From: Octopus vulgaris
Lineage: Eukaryota
DNA: 64,000 nucleotides
NCBI GenBank assembly: GCA_951406725.2
Contig: OX597823.1
Span: 87,730,001-87,794,000 of the forward strand
Reading direction: 5' to 3'
Shown here: positions 13,860 to 28,133 of the stretch, piece by piece
Numbering within the stretch: the stretch's first letter is position 1
Layout of the letters: the number at the start of each line of letters is the position of its first letter
Program-made: the position numbers and the translations under genes
The notes under the pieces: generated by a model
The model's database searches: none
The model's input: the letters and a program-made list of their open reading frames with translations, nothing else
What the model was told of the DNA's origin: nothing

Positions 13860-14734
13860 GACCCTCTAAAATTTAGTTGTTGGCCTTGTTCCATTCTTAG
13901 AAGAATTGTTACTACTATACACAGGGTAGTGGATTGGTTGACTCATTGAAGCGGTGGGAATGAAACTTGTGTTCTGACATTTTGCGATTTTAGTTCAAAT
14001 TGTGATGAGGTGAAAGTTTACCTTGTATCTTCCCACGATCGATATCATACAGAAGGATTCAAGTTACAGGTGCTCAGATCATCAAAAGAACCGCTTCCTA
14101 GGAAATTGCTGGCCTTGTACCTAAATTGAATATTATTGAGATCCCTACATCCGTTTACTAAGTTTTGCCAGTTATAAACCCTCGTTAGTTTTTTAAAATT
14201 ATTTTAATCCTCTGTTTCATTGCGTTTGATTTTCAGATTACTACATTGATAAAATCGGTGGTGTACCGAATAAGTGGCTTACGTCATTAATTTTTAATAT
14301 TTCAAGTTCAAGCTTTATATCCCACAAATATCAATTTATCCAGTTCCTTTTTTATAAAAAGAAACTCTACCTGTTGGTTTACCATGGTGTTAGCATTTGG
14401 TAAACCCTGTTCGATCAGTGATATTTTCGAAGATATCCCAGTCATTTTGATACCCTATGTAATTTTAGACATATTACATCCAGCCCTACTACCTTGTGTA
14501 AAATTGCTGGAAAATTTCAGTTGTTAGTCTGTTAGATTGAGTCAATCTATAGATTTTTCATTGTTTAAACGTGCCAACACGTGCTGCCATCGATTTGTGG
14601 AATCATCCGTTAATATTAGAAGCCATTATATTCAATCTGACTTCATTCGGACTCTAAATTATTAGTTTTTTGTTGCAACACACTATGTAAGCATCTCGGT
14701 GATCTACACTTGATCGAATTCCCTTCTGATTTCC

Positions 14735-14805
<71 letters not shown>

Positions 14806-15060
14806 GTAGCTGCTGCTGATACCACGACCATCAACAACCACTGCTACGACTACTACTACAACTACTATAATACTACTACTACTATACTATTACTACTACT
14901 ACTACTACTACTATGCTACTATCACTATACTACTACTATACTACTAGTATACAACTACTATACAACTACTACTATACTACTACTACTTCTACTACTACTG
15001 CTGCTGATACCACCACCAACATCTCCTACTACTACTATTACTATTACTACAACTACTACA
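14735..15060. repeat. (CTA)n-rich trinucleotide tract
   Basis: Seen directly. Confidence 0.95.
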
Positions 15061-16197
15061 AAAGTGATATTAATGCTCGTATCTGACTGTGCACGATCTC
15101 TTGAGCATTACTTACTCTCCCGTCTCTTCAAATCTCGGCAGCGTTCTTAGGTCACCACATTTATCATTTCAACTGATCTTTAATTTTCCACAATTTTTCT
15201 TCTCGGTAATTCTTTTACAACGCATTTCTTTTTGCATTCGAAGGCATGCAACTTTTCAAGCAGAATAGAAAACACTTTGAACTTTCCATTTTCGATGAAC
15301 TTGCACAACCATGGGCATACTGCCATTGCATTTCTCAAGCAAAAGAAATGTCAATTTGGTTTCTAATATTTAAAGTATTGCCCGAGGGCATACTTCTTCA
15401 ATAAGTTTGCATGTGAAAAAAACGCCGCAAAATATGAGGAAAGTAATGCGATTTAATGGGAAGAAAGTAACGGCCTAGCAATAGTAAGCAAAGCGATTTA
15501 ATGGGATGAAAGTAACAGCCTAGCAACAATGGAAGTTTCAAAAAGCGAAAATATAACACCCGGTGCTGATGAAAATCAGGTAAATTGATATTAACTTCCT
15601 CTATTGAGAATCAGATTTTGGAAGAAATCGGTTGGTACTCAATGAGAAAGATTAAAGCTCCTCTAACGATAATCTGTAAGGTACAAATTTACGCGGTCAT
15701 TAGGTCTTCTGTTCGATTTTTTTGTCGGTTTTAGAATTAACAATCAGTATTAAGGGAATGCGTGTTCAATTTCGGCAGCGCTGTATCTGATAAAACAAGC
15801 TGCGTTTGTTTTGTCTCAGTACGTTCGGCCGACATGTTAATTATCGTTGAATGCTAATGTGTAAAATATTTGACGAAGAGAGGATGAAGAGAAAATAATA
15901 GCCTGTTAGACTACGGATGGAGGGCCAGGAATGTAAAAAAAAACATTAAGTTTCAGTTAATAACCATACGACTGAATGTGTGTGTATGGGCGCGCTTTTG
16001 AGTGAGTGTTTGTTGAATGTTCGAGTTATCAGTCTTAGACATCACTTCATCGACGTCCAACAGTCGCCGCTAGCTTTATAATTGCTACACTTACAGACGT
16101 TTATTCTTGTTCTAAATACTTCAGATGCTTCGTATTCCAAATTTAACTTTCAGAAATTGCATTTCAATGAGAAATGAACAAGCTGCAGCTCACACTT

Positions 16198-16212
16198 CTG
16201 CTGCTGCTGCTG

Positions 16213-16282
<70 letters not shown>

Positions 16283-16379
16283 CACTACTACTACCACCGC
16301 CACCAACACCATCACCACTACAACTGCTGCTGCTTCTTTTGTTACAGACAATAACAACTTGAGCAATAATAACAACAAC

Positions 16380-16439
<60 letters not shown>

Positions 16440-16574
16440 GAGGAGGAGGAGGAGGAAGAAGAAGAAGAAGAAGAAGAAGAAGAAGAAGAAGAAGAAGAAG
16501 AAGAAGAAGAAGAAGAAGAAGAAGAAGAAGAAGAAGAAGAAGAAGAAGAAGAAGAAGAAGAAGAAGAAGAAGAA
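16198..16574. repeat. Compound (CTG)(CTA)(AAT)(GAA) microsatellite
   Basis: Seen directly. Confidence 0.95.
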
Positions 16575-17238
16575 AACTCGTATGCAGTGAAGCATGGTGG
16601 AACGTTCAAACGAGAGCTAAAAGTAATATTATTCCCACAGTCACCAATAATTTCAAAGTGATCAATAAATCTAATCCATAATCTTTCTATATCTTTGGAA
16701 AACTGCAGACAATTAAAATATCAGTAGAGCTAGCCATCTTGGCTTTCAAATATAGTCTGTGAGTCCATGTGTATCAAAGAATTTATGTGTGTTTGTGTAT
16801 GAGAACAGGGGTGTGCAAGGAATTTCTTATGAGTTTATGTGGTGTGTCTGTGCTTATATGTGTATGTGTGTGCCAGTCATTATATAGGCATGGTGTGAGT
16901 GTATGTACCGTCTGCTTACATATGTACATCTGAAGGAACACAATGCGTATTTTTAAGTATGTACAGGCCTTTTTATGTGACTGATTTTCATATAAGTATA
17001 TGTGGCTATATGCGGTTGGCTTTCATGTAATTATCTGTGATTTAATATAGTGTTAATGTGGTGTCTTTGCGTAGAAAGATATGTCTATATATGTGCATGA
17101 GGGTGTGTTTACCTATATTTATAACTGCATGTATGGAAACAGCTTGCATGTATGCGCATGTCTTGGTATAATAAAAAATGAAAAATGTAGGTCGCCTTAT
17201 GTATATATTGTACATATATTATTATAGCTGTCTGCCTC

Positions 17239-17239
<1 letters not shown>

Positions 17240-17316
<77 letters not shown>

Positions 17317-17377
17317 CATCTATCTATCCATCTATCTATCCATCTGTCTATCTGTCTCTCTCTCTGTCACTCTCACT

Positions 17378-17445
<68 letters not shown>

Positions 17446-17810
17446 GCATATATATATATGCACGGACATATTTCTATGCGCACGTGCGTATGTCACTTTC
17501 TGCTTCCGTGTGAGCCATCATACGCCTATCAATATTCTGTGTGCATGATTGCGTGATGTCTTCGTAGATATGTGAAACCCTGTATGTATATATGAGTGCC
17601 TATGTACAAATAATTATAAATATGGGTGCAAGCTGTCATCTGAGCTTACCTGAATACAAATGCCTACATATGAGTATATGTGTATGATGTAAGTAGGAAA
17701 TTGTGTATGTATGTATGTATATATGTATGTACGTATGTATGTATGTATGTATGTATGTATGTATGTATGTATGTATGTATGTATGTATGTATGTATGTAT
17801 GTATGTATAA
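17240..17810. repeat. (TCTA)n, (TA)n and (TATG)n microsatellites
   Basis: Seen directly, with unique sequence between the runs. Confidence 0.85.
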
Positions 17811-18759
17811 ACGTCTATAAGTGTTGCAATTATAAAACTAGCAGCGACTGTTGGACGTCGATGAAGTAATGTCTAAGACTGATATGTATGTATGTATCTA
17901 GATATTTGATTTATATACGTGTAAATGCGTACACGCATCCAGGTATGTGTCTGGAAATATGCACATGTTTACATGTATGCGCACAAGAAACGGTATGCAT
18001 TAGTGTATGCATGATTAAGTATACGCCTGGATGATTGAGAACGCGTCTGAAGGAATTTCTATTCGTGTGTGCATATAATATCGATTTTGTAGTGTATATT
18101 TTTCTAATGAAACAGGACTTTGTATGAATATATGTTCATACGTTTTTCAGTAAATTTAAGTTGTTACAGCTCGTAAGCGTCAGCATGGGTGTATATTTGT
18201 GCGTGCGTGTACGTCTCACAAATTTATTTCATAATTATTATACTTGAAAGCTCGTGCGTGCACAAGTATGTGTGCAGTTGTGTGTGTATATTCTCTTGAG
18301 AATATATGCACACACATGCTAGTGTGCTTATGTGTGTTTGTTCAAGGATGCCATATATGTTTTATCATTTACGTGCATGAAGGCGTGCACAAGTCTTTAC
18401 TTTGTGTATGCGTATGTAATAAATCAATATGTTCGTGTATAGCTTTGTCTATGGAGGAATTGGTGCGAATGCATGTGTATGTGTACGTCATATTCGTCCT
18501 ACCTTTATCGTATATGCGCCCGGCTGAAAAATGTGTCAATAGTGGGGCATATTGAGTACACGTGTCTGTGTGTATGGGTGCGTGTGTTCGTGCGTATTTT
18601 CTCCTGCATCAGTGTGTCCGTCTAAACGGATGTTTGTATATGCGTGCCTGCGAGAGTATAGCGATATCCGTCGTCTCTTCTTATTACTTTACTTGTATAG
18701 ATTTTAATCTCCCAGGAAAAGAAATCATGCGCAAAAAGACAAAACAAAAACAATACACA

Positions 18760-18822
18760 AATAATAATGATATTAATAATAACAATAATGACAACCTCAA
18801 TAACAATCAACAATCATAACAA

Positions 18823-18888
<66 letters not shown>

Positions 18889-18992
18889 TAATGATAATAG
18901 TAATAACACTACTACTACTACTTCTACTAACAACAACAGCAATAATGATAATAATTATGATCATAATAATGATGATAATAATAATGATCATA

Positions 18993-19023
<31 letters not shown>

Positions 19024-19052
19024 TAATGATAATAATAATAATAATAATAATG

Positions 19053-19141
<89 letters not shown>

Positions 19142-19258
19142 AAGAAGAAGATGAAGAAGAAGAAGAAGAAGAAGAAGAAGAAGAAGAAGAAGAAGAAGAA
19201 GAAGAAGAAGAAGAAGAAGAAGAAGAAGAAGAAGAAAAAGAGGAGGAGGAAGAAGGAT
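18760..19258. repeat. Compound (ACT)(AAT)(GAA) microsatellite
   Basis: Seen directly. Confidence 0.95.
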
Positions 19259-19599
19259 CAATAATAAATACAAGAATAAAAATAAGTGCAAACACTCAAG
19301 AAATAAAATACTAATAAAAAAAATCAAGCGAAAAAATTTAAGATTAGCTATAAAAAATTTAGAAACCGCAACAAACAACACAAAGATAATAAAGAAATAA
19401 ACGTATAAAAAAAAACAGGTAATATCCAATTACTATTAACCTGTCGAAGAAAATAATCAACAAGGAAACAGTAACGGCTTTGTCCGTATAGATTTCTCAG
19501 AGAAATATTAAATCGGCCAGATAAAACAATGTTATTAAGCGTCGGATTAATCAGCAAAATGCACTGAAAACATATTTTGAATAAAAAAAACTTCCATTA

Positions 19600-19600
19600 A

Positions 19601-19661
<61 letters not shown>

Positions 19662-19710
19662 GTTATTATTGTTATTGTTGTTGTAATTGTTGTTGTTGTC
19701 GTTATTGTTG

Positions 19711-19751
<41 letters not shown>

Positions 19752-19960
19752 TTTATTTTTATTATTATTATTATTATCATTGCCGTTATTGTTGAATTTT
19801 ATATTTAGTATTATTTTTGTGAGTATTGTTTTTATTATTATTCTCATCATTATCTTCATTCTCATTCTCATCCCCATCCTTCTCCTCCTCATCACTATTA
19901 TTATTCTTGTTGTTGTTATCATTGCTTTTACATTTTTATTACCAATATTATTATTATTTT
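19600..19960. repeat. (TTA)/(TTG) microsatellite
   Basis: Seen directly. Confidence 0.92.
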
Positions 19961-20039
19961 TTTATTTATCATTAATATTATATTTTATTTTATTCTATCT
20001 TATCTACTTTGTATTTTCTTAGATATTTAATTTTTCCCC

Positions 20040-20074
<35 letters not shown>

Positions 20075-21854
20075 CTAGCATTTGCTTCCTATTTCTTATT
20101 CATTTTTCTCTCATCATTGTAATGAATTTTTTTTCCATTCGCATTGAAAAATGAATATTCAAATGAAACTTAACTGGAAAACGTTTGTTGAATATCCTAA
20201 TGTAATTTCTTTCTTTAATATTGGTGTCTAGTTTTTATATTTATTATTAACTTTTTGTTCTGTTAGTAATTCAACTGTTTGCCCGTATTGTGCACTTTTA
20301 TTAGATAGAGAGAATTTGGTCTAAAGTCAGATTTTAACTTTCTCGTTATTATTTTCATTCAGAAGTGCATTGAATTAAAAAAAAAATGTCAGTATAGTCA
20401 CGGGATATAAATCTTGCATTTTTGAGTTACAGATTTCAAATTCGTCTAAAGGTGATTTTGCCTTGACAAAGATAATGAAGTATTGGGGGTGACAACACAA
20501 GGTTCACTCCTTGTGGTTTGGAGGCCCGCATGCTTTTATGACCCGCACATCCATGTCAGCCGACCAGAAGCTTTTTGTTATTTTCCCTTGCTGGACTTGT
20601 CAAAAGATAGAAGCCAGATTATATGGACCACAGCTTTCCAGGGATAAACATGAGAATGTGCAAATGTATTTTCTTTTGTGAGTATATATACACAAGTATT
20701 CAAGTATACATATGGCGTATGTATGTGTGCGCTTGTATGAATGCCATATATGTTTTATCATTTATGTGCATGAAAGCACATATAAGTTTCTACTTCTGAG
20801 TATGCGTATATGTGTATAAATATATACATATATTTGTGTATACTTGTGTCTTCCTTGAAAAAGTTACAGAAACCTCGAAGAAAATTCAAAATTCTCACAA
20901 CTTGGGAAAGGAGAGAAGCAAAAAATACAGCTCGGTATCGAGGACAGTGGAGACAAGTTGCCGATGGTCTATTCACCATAGGGATTTCAGACTTAATATA
21001 GTACGGGATTGATTTAATATCTCGTTTGTTATATATTTGAGATCAAATTCTGTTGTTTTTCAAGCTTTGACTCTGAAGTGTTTTTGATGTTCTTCAAACC
21101 TACAATGTTCACATAAAAGACTCGGATGGATACCTTTGTTGGAAAAGAAGCTATATAACCCAGACGTGGGTGCTTTGTTCCCTATCAACATCATTTACTT
21201 TGTCTTCCAGGAACATTTGTTGTTTTCGTTGTTGTTTAACAGCAGGACAGCTCTGGTTTAACAGAAGTGTGCTAAAGGTGCATATGAGTGCATGTATACA
21301 TAATTGTATGTACAGCTGTCTATATACATGAATACGTATAAATGTAAGAATGTGTATGTAAATATCGCCATGTTTAGATATATGTCTCTGTACAAAGTAT
21401 TATATACATAAGTAGACACAGGATGTGCATTAATGCTATTTTATCTGTGTCAAACCCATTTAGTTTCTAATAGTATATTTCGGATTACATTTTAGAGCGC
21501 ATCATACTTTTTTAAGAACGTGATATTTGATTTATTCTGAACGTAGGCCTACGTACCCCTAAATGTACCTACCCACATTAAATGTATATCTCTCCTCAAA
21601 TATTCCTCCACATCTTGTTATGTACACATTCAACATTTTGAGAGCCTCATCAGCACGATTACCTGCGTCTATAACTTGGTTATAACAAACTTGTTTCGTT
21701 GATATTTCTACTGATACGTAACCAAGACAAACATCTCATATTATTATAAATGAATTCTAAATCAGCTACCATTCAGTGTGTAGGGTACGAAAGTAGGCAT
21801 AGAACGTGTGTGAAAATGAACAACCAAATAGTTGATTAACCATTTACAACGCTT

Positions 21855-22170
21855 TGGCAGTCCGTCAGTCACCACGAAAAGTGTTCCAGTTAATTCGATT
21901 AACGGAACAACCTGCTCGTGAAATTAACGTGCAAGTGGCTGAGCATTGCGCAGACAAGCGTACCCTTAAAATAGCTCTCAAGAAGATTCAGCGTGACACA
22001 GAAGGTGGCAAGGCTGGCCCTTTGAATCACACCTACAATTCATTTTTGCCAGGTGCGTGGATTGGACAGATGTGAAATAAAGTGTCATCTTGAAGGACTC
22101 AAAGTGCAGCTCCAGCTCGAAATCACAACCTCACAACCGTCAGCCGAATAACCTAACCATTATGTCACCA
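21855..22170 (-). mobile_element. SINE family D
   Basis: Reverse complement of the 9028-9350 type (aacggaacaacctgctcgtgaaattaacgtgcaagtggctgagc). Confidence 0.85.
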
Positions 22171-22522
22171 TCAGATTCATTTTCCGAGAAAGCAATACCT
22201 AAATATACCGAGACAGGAGGCAAAAATGAGGCAACATATTAGCGTTCATTAAAAACCCAGATTGGCGTGAATCTGTAAACATTCTAAGGCTATGCAACGA
22301 TAAAAGTAAAATTACTCAGGATATAAATATATAGCTCCTCAGCTTCATCGTTACGAATGTTGCGCATGTGTGTGTATGGATATTCAGAAATAGCTACTCA
22401 TAGAAGATAAAATAAATTTCTATGATTTAACTAACTGCCGCCTGTCAATTTCGGGCTAGTGACCGGGCAAGAACGGTTTATGATTATACACACTGGATTT
22501 GAAAATAATATATATGTATATG

Positions 22523-22559
<37 letters not shown>

Positions 22560-22676
22560 GTATATACCCACACACCCAAACACTCACACACAGATATGTA
22601 CACACGCACTAACATATATATATATTTATTCATGGATATATATATACATATATATATATATATATGTGTGTATGTG

Positions 22677-22711
<35 letters not shown>

Positions 22712-22767
22712 ATTTCAACATACAATCAGACAATCAAACACCATAACATTTCCACACACACACGAAA

Positions 22768-22812
<45 letters not shown>

Positions 22813-22853
22813 AATAAAAATGGAGTTAACGCAGGTTTAAACAAGTATTTTTT

Positions 22854-22938
22854 CTTTCTACATATGTTTCAAAAATTCCACTGATACTTATTCAAAAGAA
22901 TAAAAGGTATAAACAATGCAATCTTCTCTTCGGGAAAG
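22854..22938 (-). ncRNA. Type-I hammerhead ribozyme-like motif with a long stem II and one core mutation
   Basis: Minus strand: ctttc-CCGAAGA-gaagattgcattg...cagtggaattttt-GAAA-catatg-TA-gaaag. Stem I ctttc/gaaag, palindromic stem III. Confidence 0.7.
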
Positions 22939-23227
22939 GGAAAAAAACGAAACTTGTCAATACGACATTTTAGCAAAAAATGATGGATTCGTATAGCGAT
23001 AGACAGAACGCTATTAATATTGTTTAAAAAAACGTTATATGATATAACGTCATAAGTAGCTAACAGAAAGAGTAGGGATATTAATAGTGAATGTTAAATA
23101 TAAAGGAAATTAAAGTCTAAACTATATATAATGATAGAGACTACTTATATGCACTAAAAGTATGTTTTTGCCAATATTTATCATTTATCCGTGTTAAATG
23201 TTAACAAGGTAAAATACACTCATCTAT

Positions 23228-23270
<43 letters not shown>

Positions 23271-23709
23271 CCGCAGCTCGATTTATATTTTAAAAAAATT
23301 GAACACGCATACATGAGGTGTATCTCGCACTGCTTCTAATTAATATTTTCATTTTTTTCTCCGTGGCATGGCATTCTAGCAGATGTGTCTTAAACTATTT
23401 AGTATATAGCCAAGGCCGGTTAGATAGCGCACAGTAAACCCTGTTCTGTCTGCGACATTGACAAGGCGAAATACCGATGTTTTTTCGTTCTGGAAGAAGG
23501 GGATTGGTATGGATTGTCTCCCTTGTCAATGTCTTGCTTTCAGGCGTTTTTACTCCTAGGGCGTTGAGAATATATTCTTTTACTGCTGAAAAATGCAGCC
23601 ATCCAATGAACTAACAACACATACACCTCGTGTATGTATATTCGACCATATATAAATATAAATATAAATATGTGTGTGCGTGTGTTTATATGTATATACA
23701 TACATACAT

Positions 23710-24018
23710 GGAAGCACTCCGTCGGTTACGACGACGAGTGCTCCGGTTGATCCGAATCAACGGAACAGCCTGCTCGTGAAATTAACGTGTAAGTGGCTGA
23801 GCACTCCACAGACACGTGTACCCTTAACAGGAAGTAAGAGTGAGAGAAAGTTGTGGTGAAAGAGTACAGCAGGGATCAGCACCATCCCCTGCCGGAGCCT
23901 CGTGGAGCTTTAGGTGTTTTCGCTCAATAAACACTCACAACGCCCGGTCTGGGAATCGAAACCGCGATCCTATGACCGCGAGTCCGCTGCTCTAACGACT
24001 GGGCCATTGCCCCTCCAC
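23710..24018 (-). mobile_element. SINE family C, internally deleted
   Basis: Reverse complement matches the head and tail of 45152-45527. Confidence 0.9.
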
Positions 24019-26339
24019 TACATACATACATACATACATACATACATACATACATACATACATACATACATACATACGTGTGTGTGTGTGTGTGTGTGTG
24101 TGTGTCTGTATGTGTGTGTATGTATGTATGTCTATAATCAAGCAAACGCCCCAGACTTTGAAAAGATTGCGGTCACACTCTTGTAATGTTATCTACTGTT
24201 GCTGTTTTCGTTACACATTTGGCAGCATATTGTATGGTGAAATGACGTCAGGCCTGAACATATTTCGAGTAACTTAAGGAAAAAAACCGCGAAAAAGTCC
24301 ATTTGAAGGGATCAACTGATCGTTAGTGACGTATACTTTTACACTTATATTGCAAATATACTCGGGTAACGCATGTACACATAATGTATTGATATTTACG
24401 TTGTTTCTCACAATCATGTACTGAGTACGATTTTTCACTTAAACAATATACTTTATTAATGTAAGAAAAGTATTAATTTCCTGGATCATTGTGACTCTAA
24501 TTTCTTTCAATCAACTTTTTTTTATTTCTCCTATGAAACATTTTCTTTAAGGTCTTTCTAATTTTGTTTTTTATAGCAAACAATCATCAGATCTTTTCAG
24601 TGCGGATAAGTGCTTACGTACGAAACACAGTTTGCTTTTTTTTTTTCCTGAGATGTAGAAAAATAACCTCAGTTACCTAATCGAATCAATACCATGAAGC
24701 TTGGTATTGATTTGACAACTGACAATATTGATTTGTATTGAGGTATACAAGCAAATATAACGATATAGCATACGTGATTAAACAAAATTTTGACTGGCTA
24801 TTTCAATAAAATATACTTAAAAAAACCTCCATTTTTTACAATACTTTGTTTTTGTTTATTGAGAATTGGGTGAGTTAATACAAATCGGTAGTAAAAAGAA
24901 GCTGGTTCCTATTCTGTCTTGCATTAAGTTTCCTCTAGGAACATTATTGCATATACCTGCTTAAAAAAACCCTATTCACCTTAATTTTCATCTGCTAGAA
25001 TATTTTCTATATTTGTGATTAAATTCGTCTGTAAACAAGAATATTCTCACTGATGTTTATTGTGAATAAATATAAATATTTCCTTCAGAGAATTCCAGTA
25101 CCCGCATCAGATTCTTAGGAAATATAGAGAAATCTGAAATAAGTTACTGCTTCTGGAATTGAATTCTGAACCTGGTAAATTTAATTACAAGTTACACATA
25201 CATACACATGATCACAAATACGTATTAAAAAAAAACTATGTAATTCTAAATATGAAAACACGGGGAAACAGCAAACATTTTAGATTCTATAGCAATACTT
25301 TCTCTCTCTATTGATTTTAAAGAATATCTTTACAACGTTAAAATTTATTTTTTCAATCTTGTATGAAAAAAAAAAAATGTTTCAATTCATATGTTACTTT
25401 AGTCGAGTGTATTAGAGAACAGCATAACAATACAAATTTTATAAAAATGAAACTTTTTAAAAACTTCAGCATTATTGTAGTTAAATATGAAATATGTGAC
25501 TCTCAGATTATCTATTGAGAGATAAATAAATAAATAAATAAATAAATGCATAAATAAATATATAAATAAGCGTTTGTGCTTTACAAAATATACTTCGAGC
25601 TAAGTGAATACTGCTTTTTCAAAATGGTTGCATGTTTAAGAAGGAGTTACTGGAGGGCGAGTAAAAGCGGATCTATGTAAAATAAAACTCATGTAGTTGT
25701 GTAGCAATATTTACACGAGAATGCATGCAGCAAAAAATAAGAGAATAAAATACAAGGCAAAAATGTACATATACAAACACATACATATATATGTGGTGGG
25801 GAAGGAGGTAGAAAGGTTACAAGTGAATTAGTGCATCTATTCAAACCTATGTTTTTATACGCATATTGCATGCCATTATTCAGTATCGTATTCACCCAGG
25901 AAAAACGTACATTTATAAAATAAATGTGATACGTATTTCATATTCATATCACGCGAGGCATGTCCACACACTCCCAAGCACACAAGTATGCACATACACG
26001 CATACACGCATACATAAACACATGCCACACACCAATATGTATGCATATATATGAGTGTGTTTGTGTAAGTATATATTTCCTGTGTTTACCTAATAAGAAT
26101 GAAGACTTGGAATGTTTTAACTAGTATAGACTCTTATTTGCATATACCTCAGCACACATACCGTAATATTCAACAGAAATTGAGAAACATAATATAGCGG
26201 TATCTGGATTGAACTGAAAGTATATCTCCGGTCAAAACGGAAAATAAATATAATTCTTTGACAAAATGCTTATTTAACTAGTTAATTAATTAAAAAATTA
26301 AACATTCACTGCACATCATATATAAGACGAAATGCAATA

Positions 26340-26375
<36 letters not shown>

Positions 26376-26377
<2 letters not shown>

Positions 26378-26571
26378 TCCCGGGTTGAGTCGGGTTTAAC
26401 CACAGTAAATAAGGTACTCAATACATAGCAGAGTAAAGTAATTTATTTTATAGAAGGAGCTTCTACAGGACTAGGACTGTTTCATTCAGATGAAATCTTC
26501 AGGAGCTTCCTGAAGATTTCATCTGAATGAAACAGTTCTAGTCCTGTAGAAGCTCCTTCTATAAAATAAAT
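26376..26571. mobile_element. Short PLE pLTR-like insertion with an inverted duplication, between (TA)n tracts
   Basis: Near-perfect palindrome 26441-26571 containing a hammerhead motif; (TA)n on both sides. Confidence 0.75.
26502..26556 (+). ncRNA. Type-I hammerhead ribozyme, intact core
   Basis: ggagcttc-CTGAAGA-tttcatctgaat-GAAA-cag(ttctagtc)ctg-TA-gaagctcc. 8-bp stem I, 3-bp stem III, GUA triplet; predicted cleavage after 26548. Confidence 0.85.
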
Positions 26572-26939
26572 ATATATATATATATATGAACAGATAAATG
26601 TATCTATATATATGAACATATACAATTTAAAAATAGGATAAATTCTTTATAAGAATTTATCAAGTTGTTAGCGTGAAAAACCTCATAATGGAAAACTTTT
26701 CTTAATTATTGCCTTTAAATATATTTAATTATATTAAGGGAATTACTATACATAAATGCCTCACGCTAGAGAAGAAGAGAGAGAAAAAAACCAGGGGACA
26801 AAGGAATCAAAGAGAGAGAGAAAAAGAGGGACAAAGGCATATGCATCTATCTTTCTACTTGTCTATCTGTCTATCTGTCTGTCTGTCTATCTAACTATTT
26901 TTCTATCCATATCTATATGTGTATGTGTGTGTGTGTGTA

Positions 26940-27106
26940 GGCGCGCAGGAGTGGCTGTGTAGGAAGAAGCTAGCTTCCAAACCACAAGTTTTTGGGTTTA
27001 GTCCCACCACGTGGCCCCTTGGGCTGTATGGTCTACTATAGCCTCGGGCCGACCAAAAGCTTGTGAGTGGATTGGGCTGATGGAAACTGAAAGAAGCCCG
27101 TCGTAT
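26940..27106 (+). mobile_element. SINE family A, 5' half
   Basis: gcgcaggagtggctgtgt...gaaactgaaagaagcccgtcgtata. Confidence 0.9.
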
Positions 27107-27788
27107 ATACATACGTGTGTCTGTCTATGTGTTATACATGCGCACGTGCGAGAATATATTCTCGTGTGTGTTTATCAGTTTTCAATAAAATTTGATAAGT
27201 ATTGGCTTAAAGATAATTACTAACTTTCCATCTGTCGTTCCTTGTGTATATTGTTGAAATTGGAAACTGTATGTCGAAGTGTTTGTGCTGAGATGCAATG
27301 TCTTCTATACGTAAATATTTGTAGGCATGAGAGATATAGTTACAACAATAAAATATGGAAGCCAGCAGTTAAAATCTCAGGATAATTTGAGACAACGAGT
27401 CAACGTATAGTCAGCTTTGAAATGACTGCCAATAATAACAGGTTTGTTTTTTTAAGCTTGAAATATCTTACACAAACTATAAATTTTGTATAATCATCTG
27501 TTATGTGACATTGTCACTGTGTAGGAAACTACGCCAGAAAAGAACACAACAATTTAAAGCATACAGACCAGAGTATTACGCGGAATAATTGATCATGGAT
27601 AGGATTAAGATTCTTTGGAATTTTGTGTGCTATCAGCAGTTATATGTAATTTCATTTCTAGTTTAAATTAGGCACTTATCGAAATAAAACACTCTTAGAC
27701 ATAGTTTTCCATAAAATGTTGTTTAAGACACATATGCACACATATATACATATATAATTACACATACACACATATTTATATTTGTGTA

Positions 27789-27890
<102 letters not shown>

Positions 27891-28133
27891 CAATCTTAAA
27901 TGACCGGGGCAGATATCAGGATGTGGTGATTTAGGTAAAACTTAATATTTGTGACACAATTTTACTAATAGGAAATGAAAAGTATCTCGAATTCTGCTGG
28001 CATATTGAAGAGAAACAAATATTTGTTTGAAACGAAGAATTTAAATATGTGCTAACTTTTAAATGACTTCAAGTTTGTCTTTAAGTTTACCTTGTTATAT
28101 CTAAATTTGAAAGAGGCATAAGCCACTTAATTC

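Noticed and set aside
16125-16661. 178-aa ORF with T/N/K/E runs, and similar ORFs at 14.7, 18.8, 50.1 and 62.2 kb
   Set aside because: Stop-free microsatellite frames with no domain content.
18352-18420. Similarity to 20742-20812
   Set aside because: Short, diverged and within low-complexity TG/TA-rich sequence.
20955-20995. Hammerhead-like hairpin (atggt-ctattc-accat next to tttcag)
   Set aside because: The GAAA and core matches are too poor and stem I is absent.
25089-25174. Possible small exon (ttccttcag ... ctg|gtaaat); other AG acceptors at about 4789, 11358, 37815 and 40445
   Set aside because: Splice-like motifs are common by chance in AT-rich DNA, and no recognisable peptide or consistent exon chain was found. 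RNA-seq would be needed.
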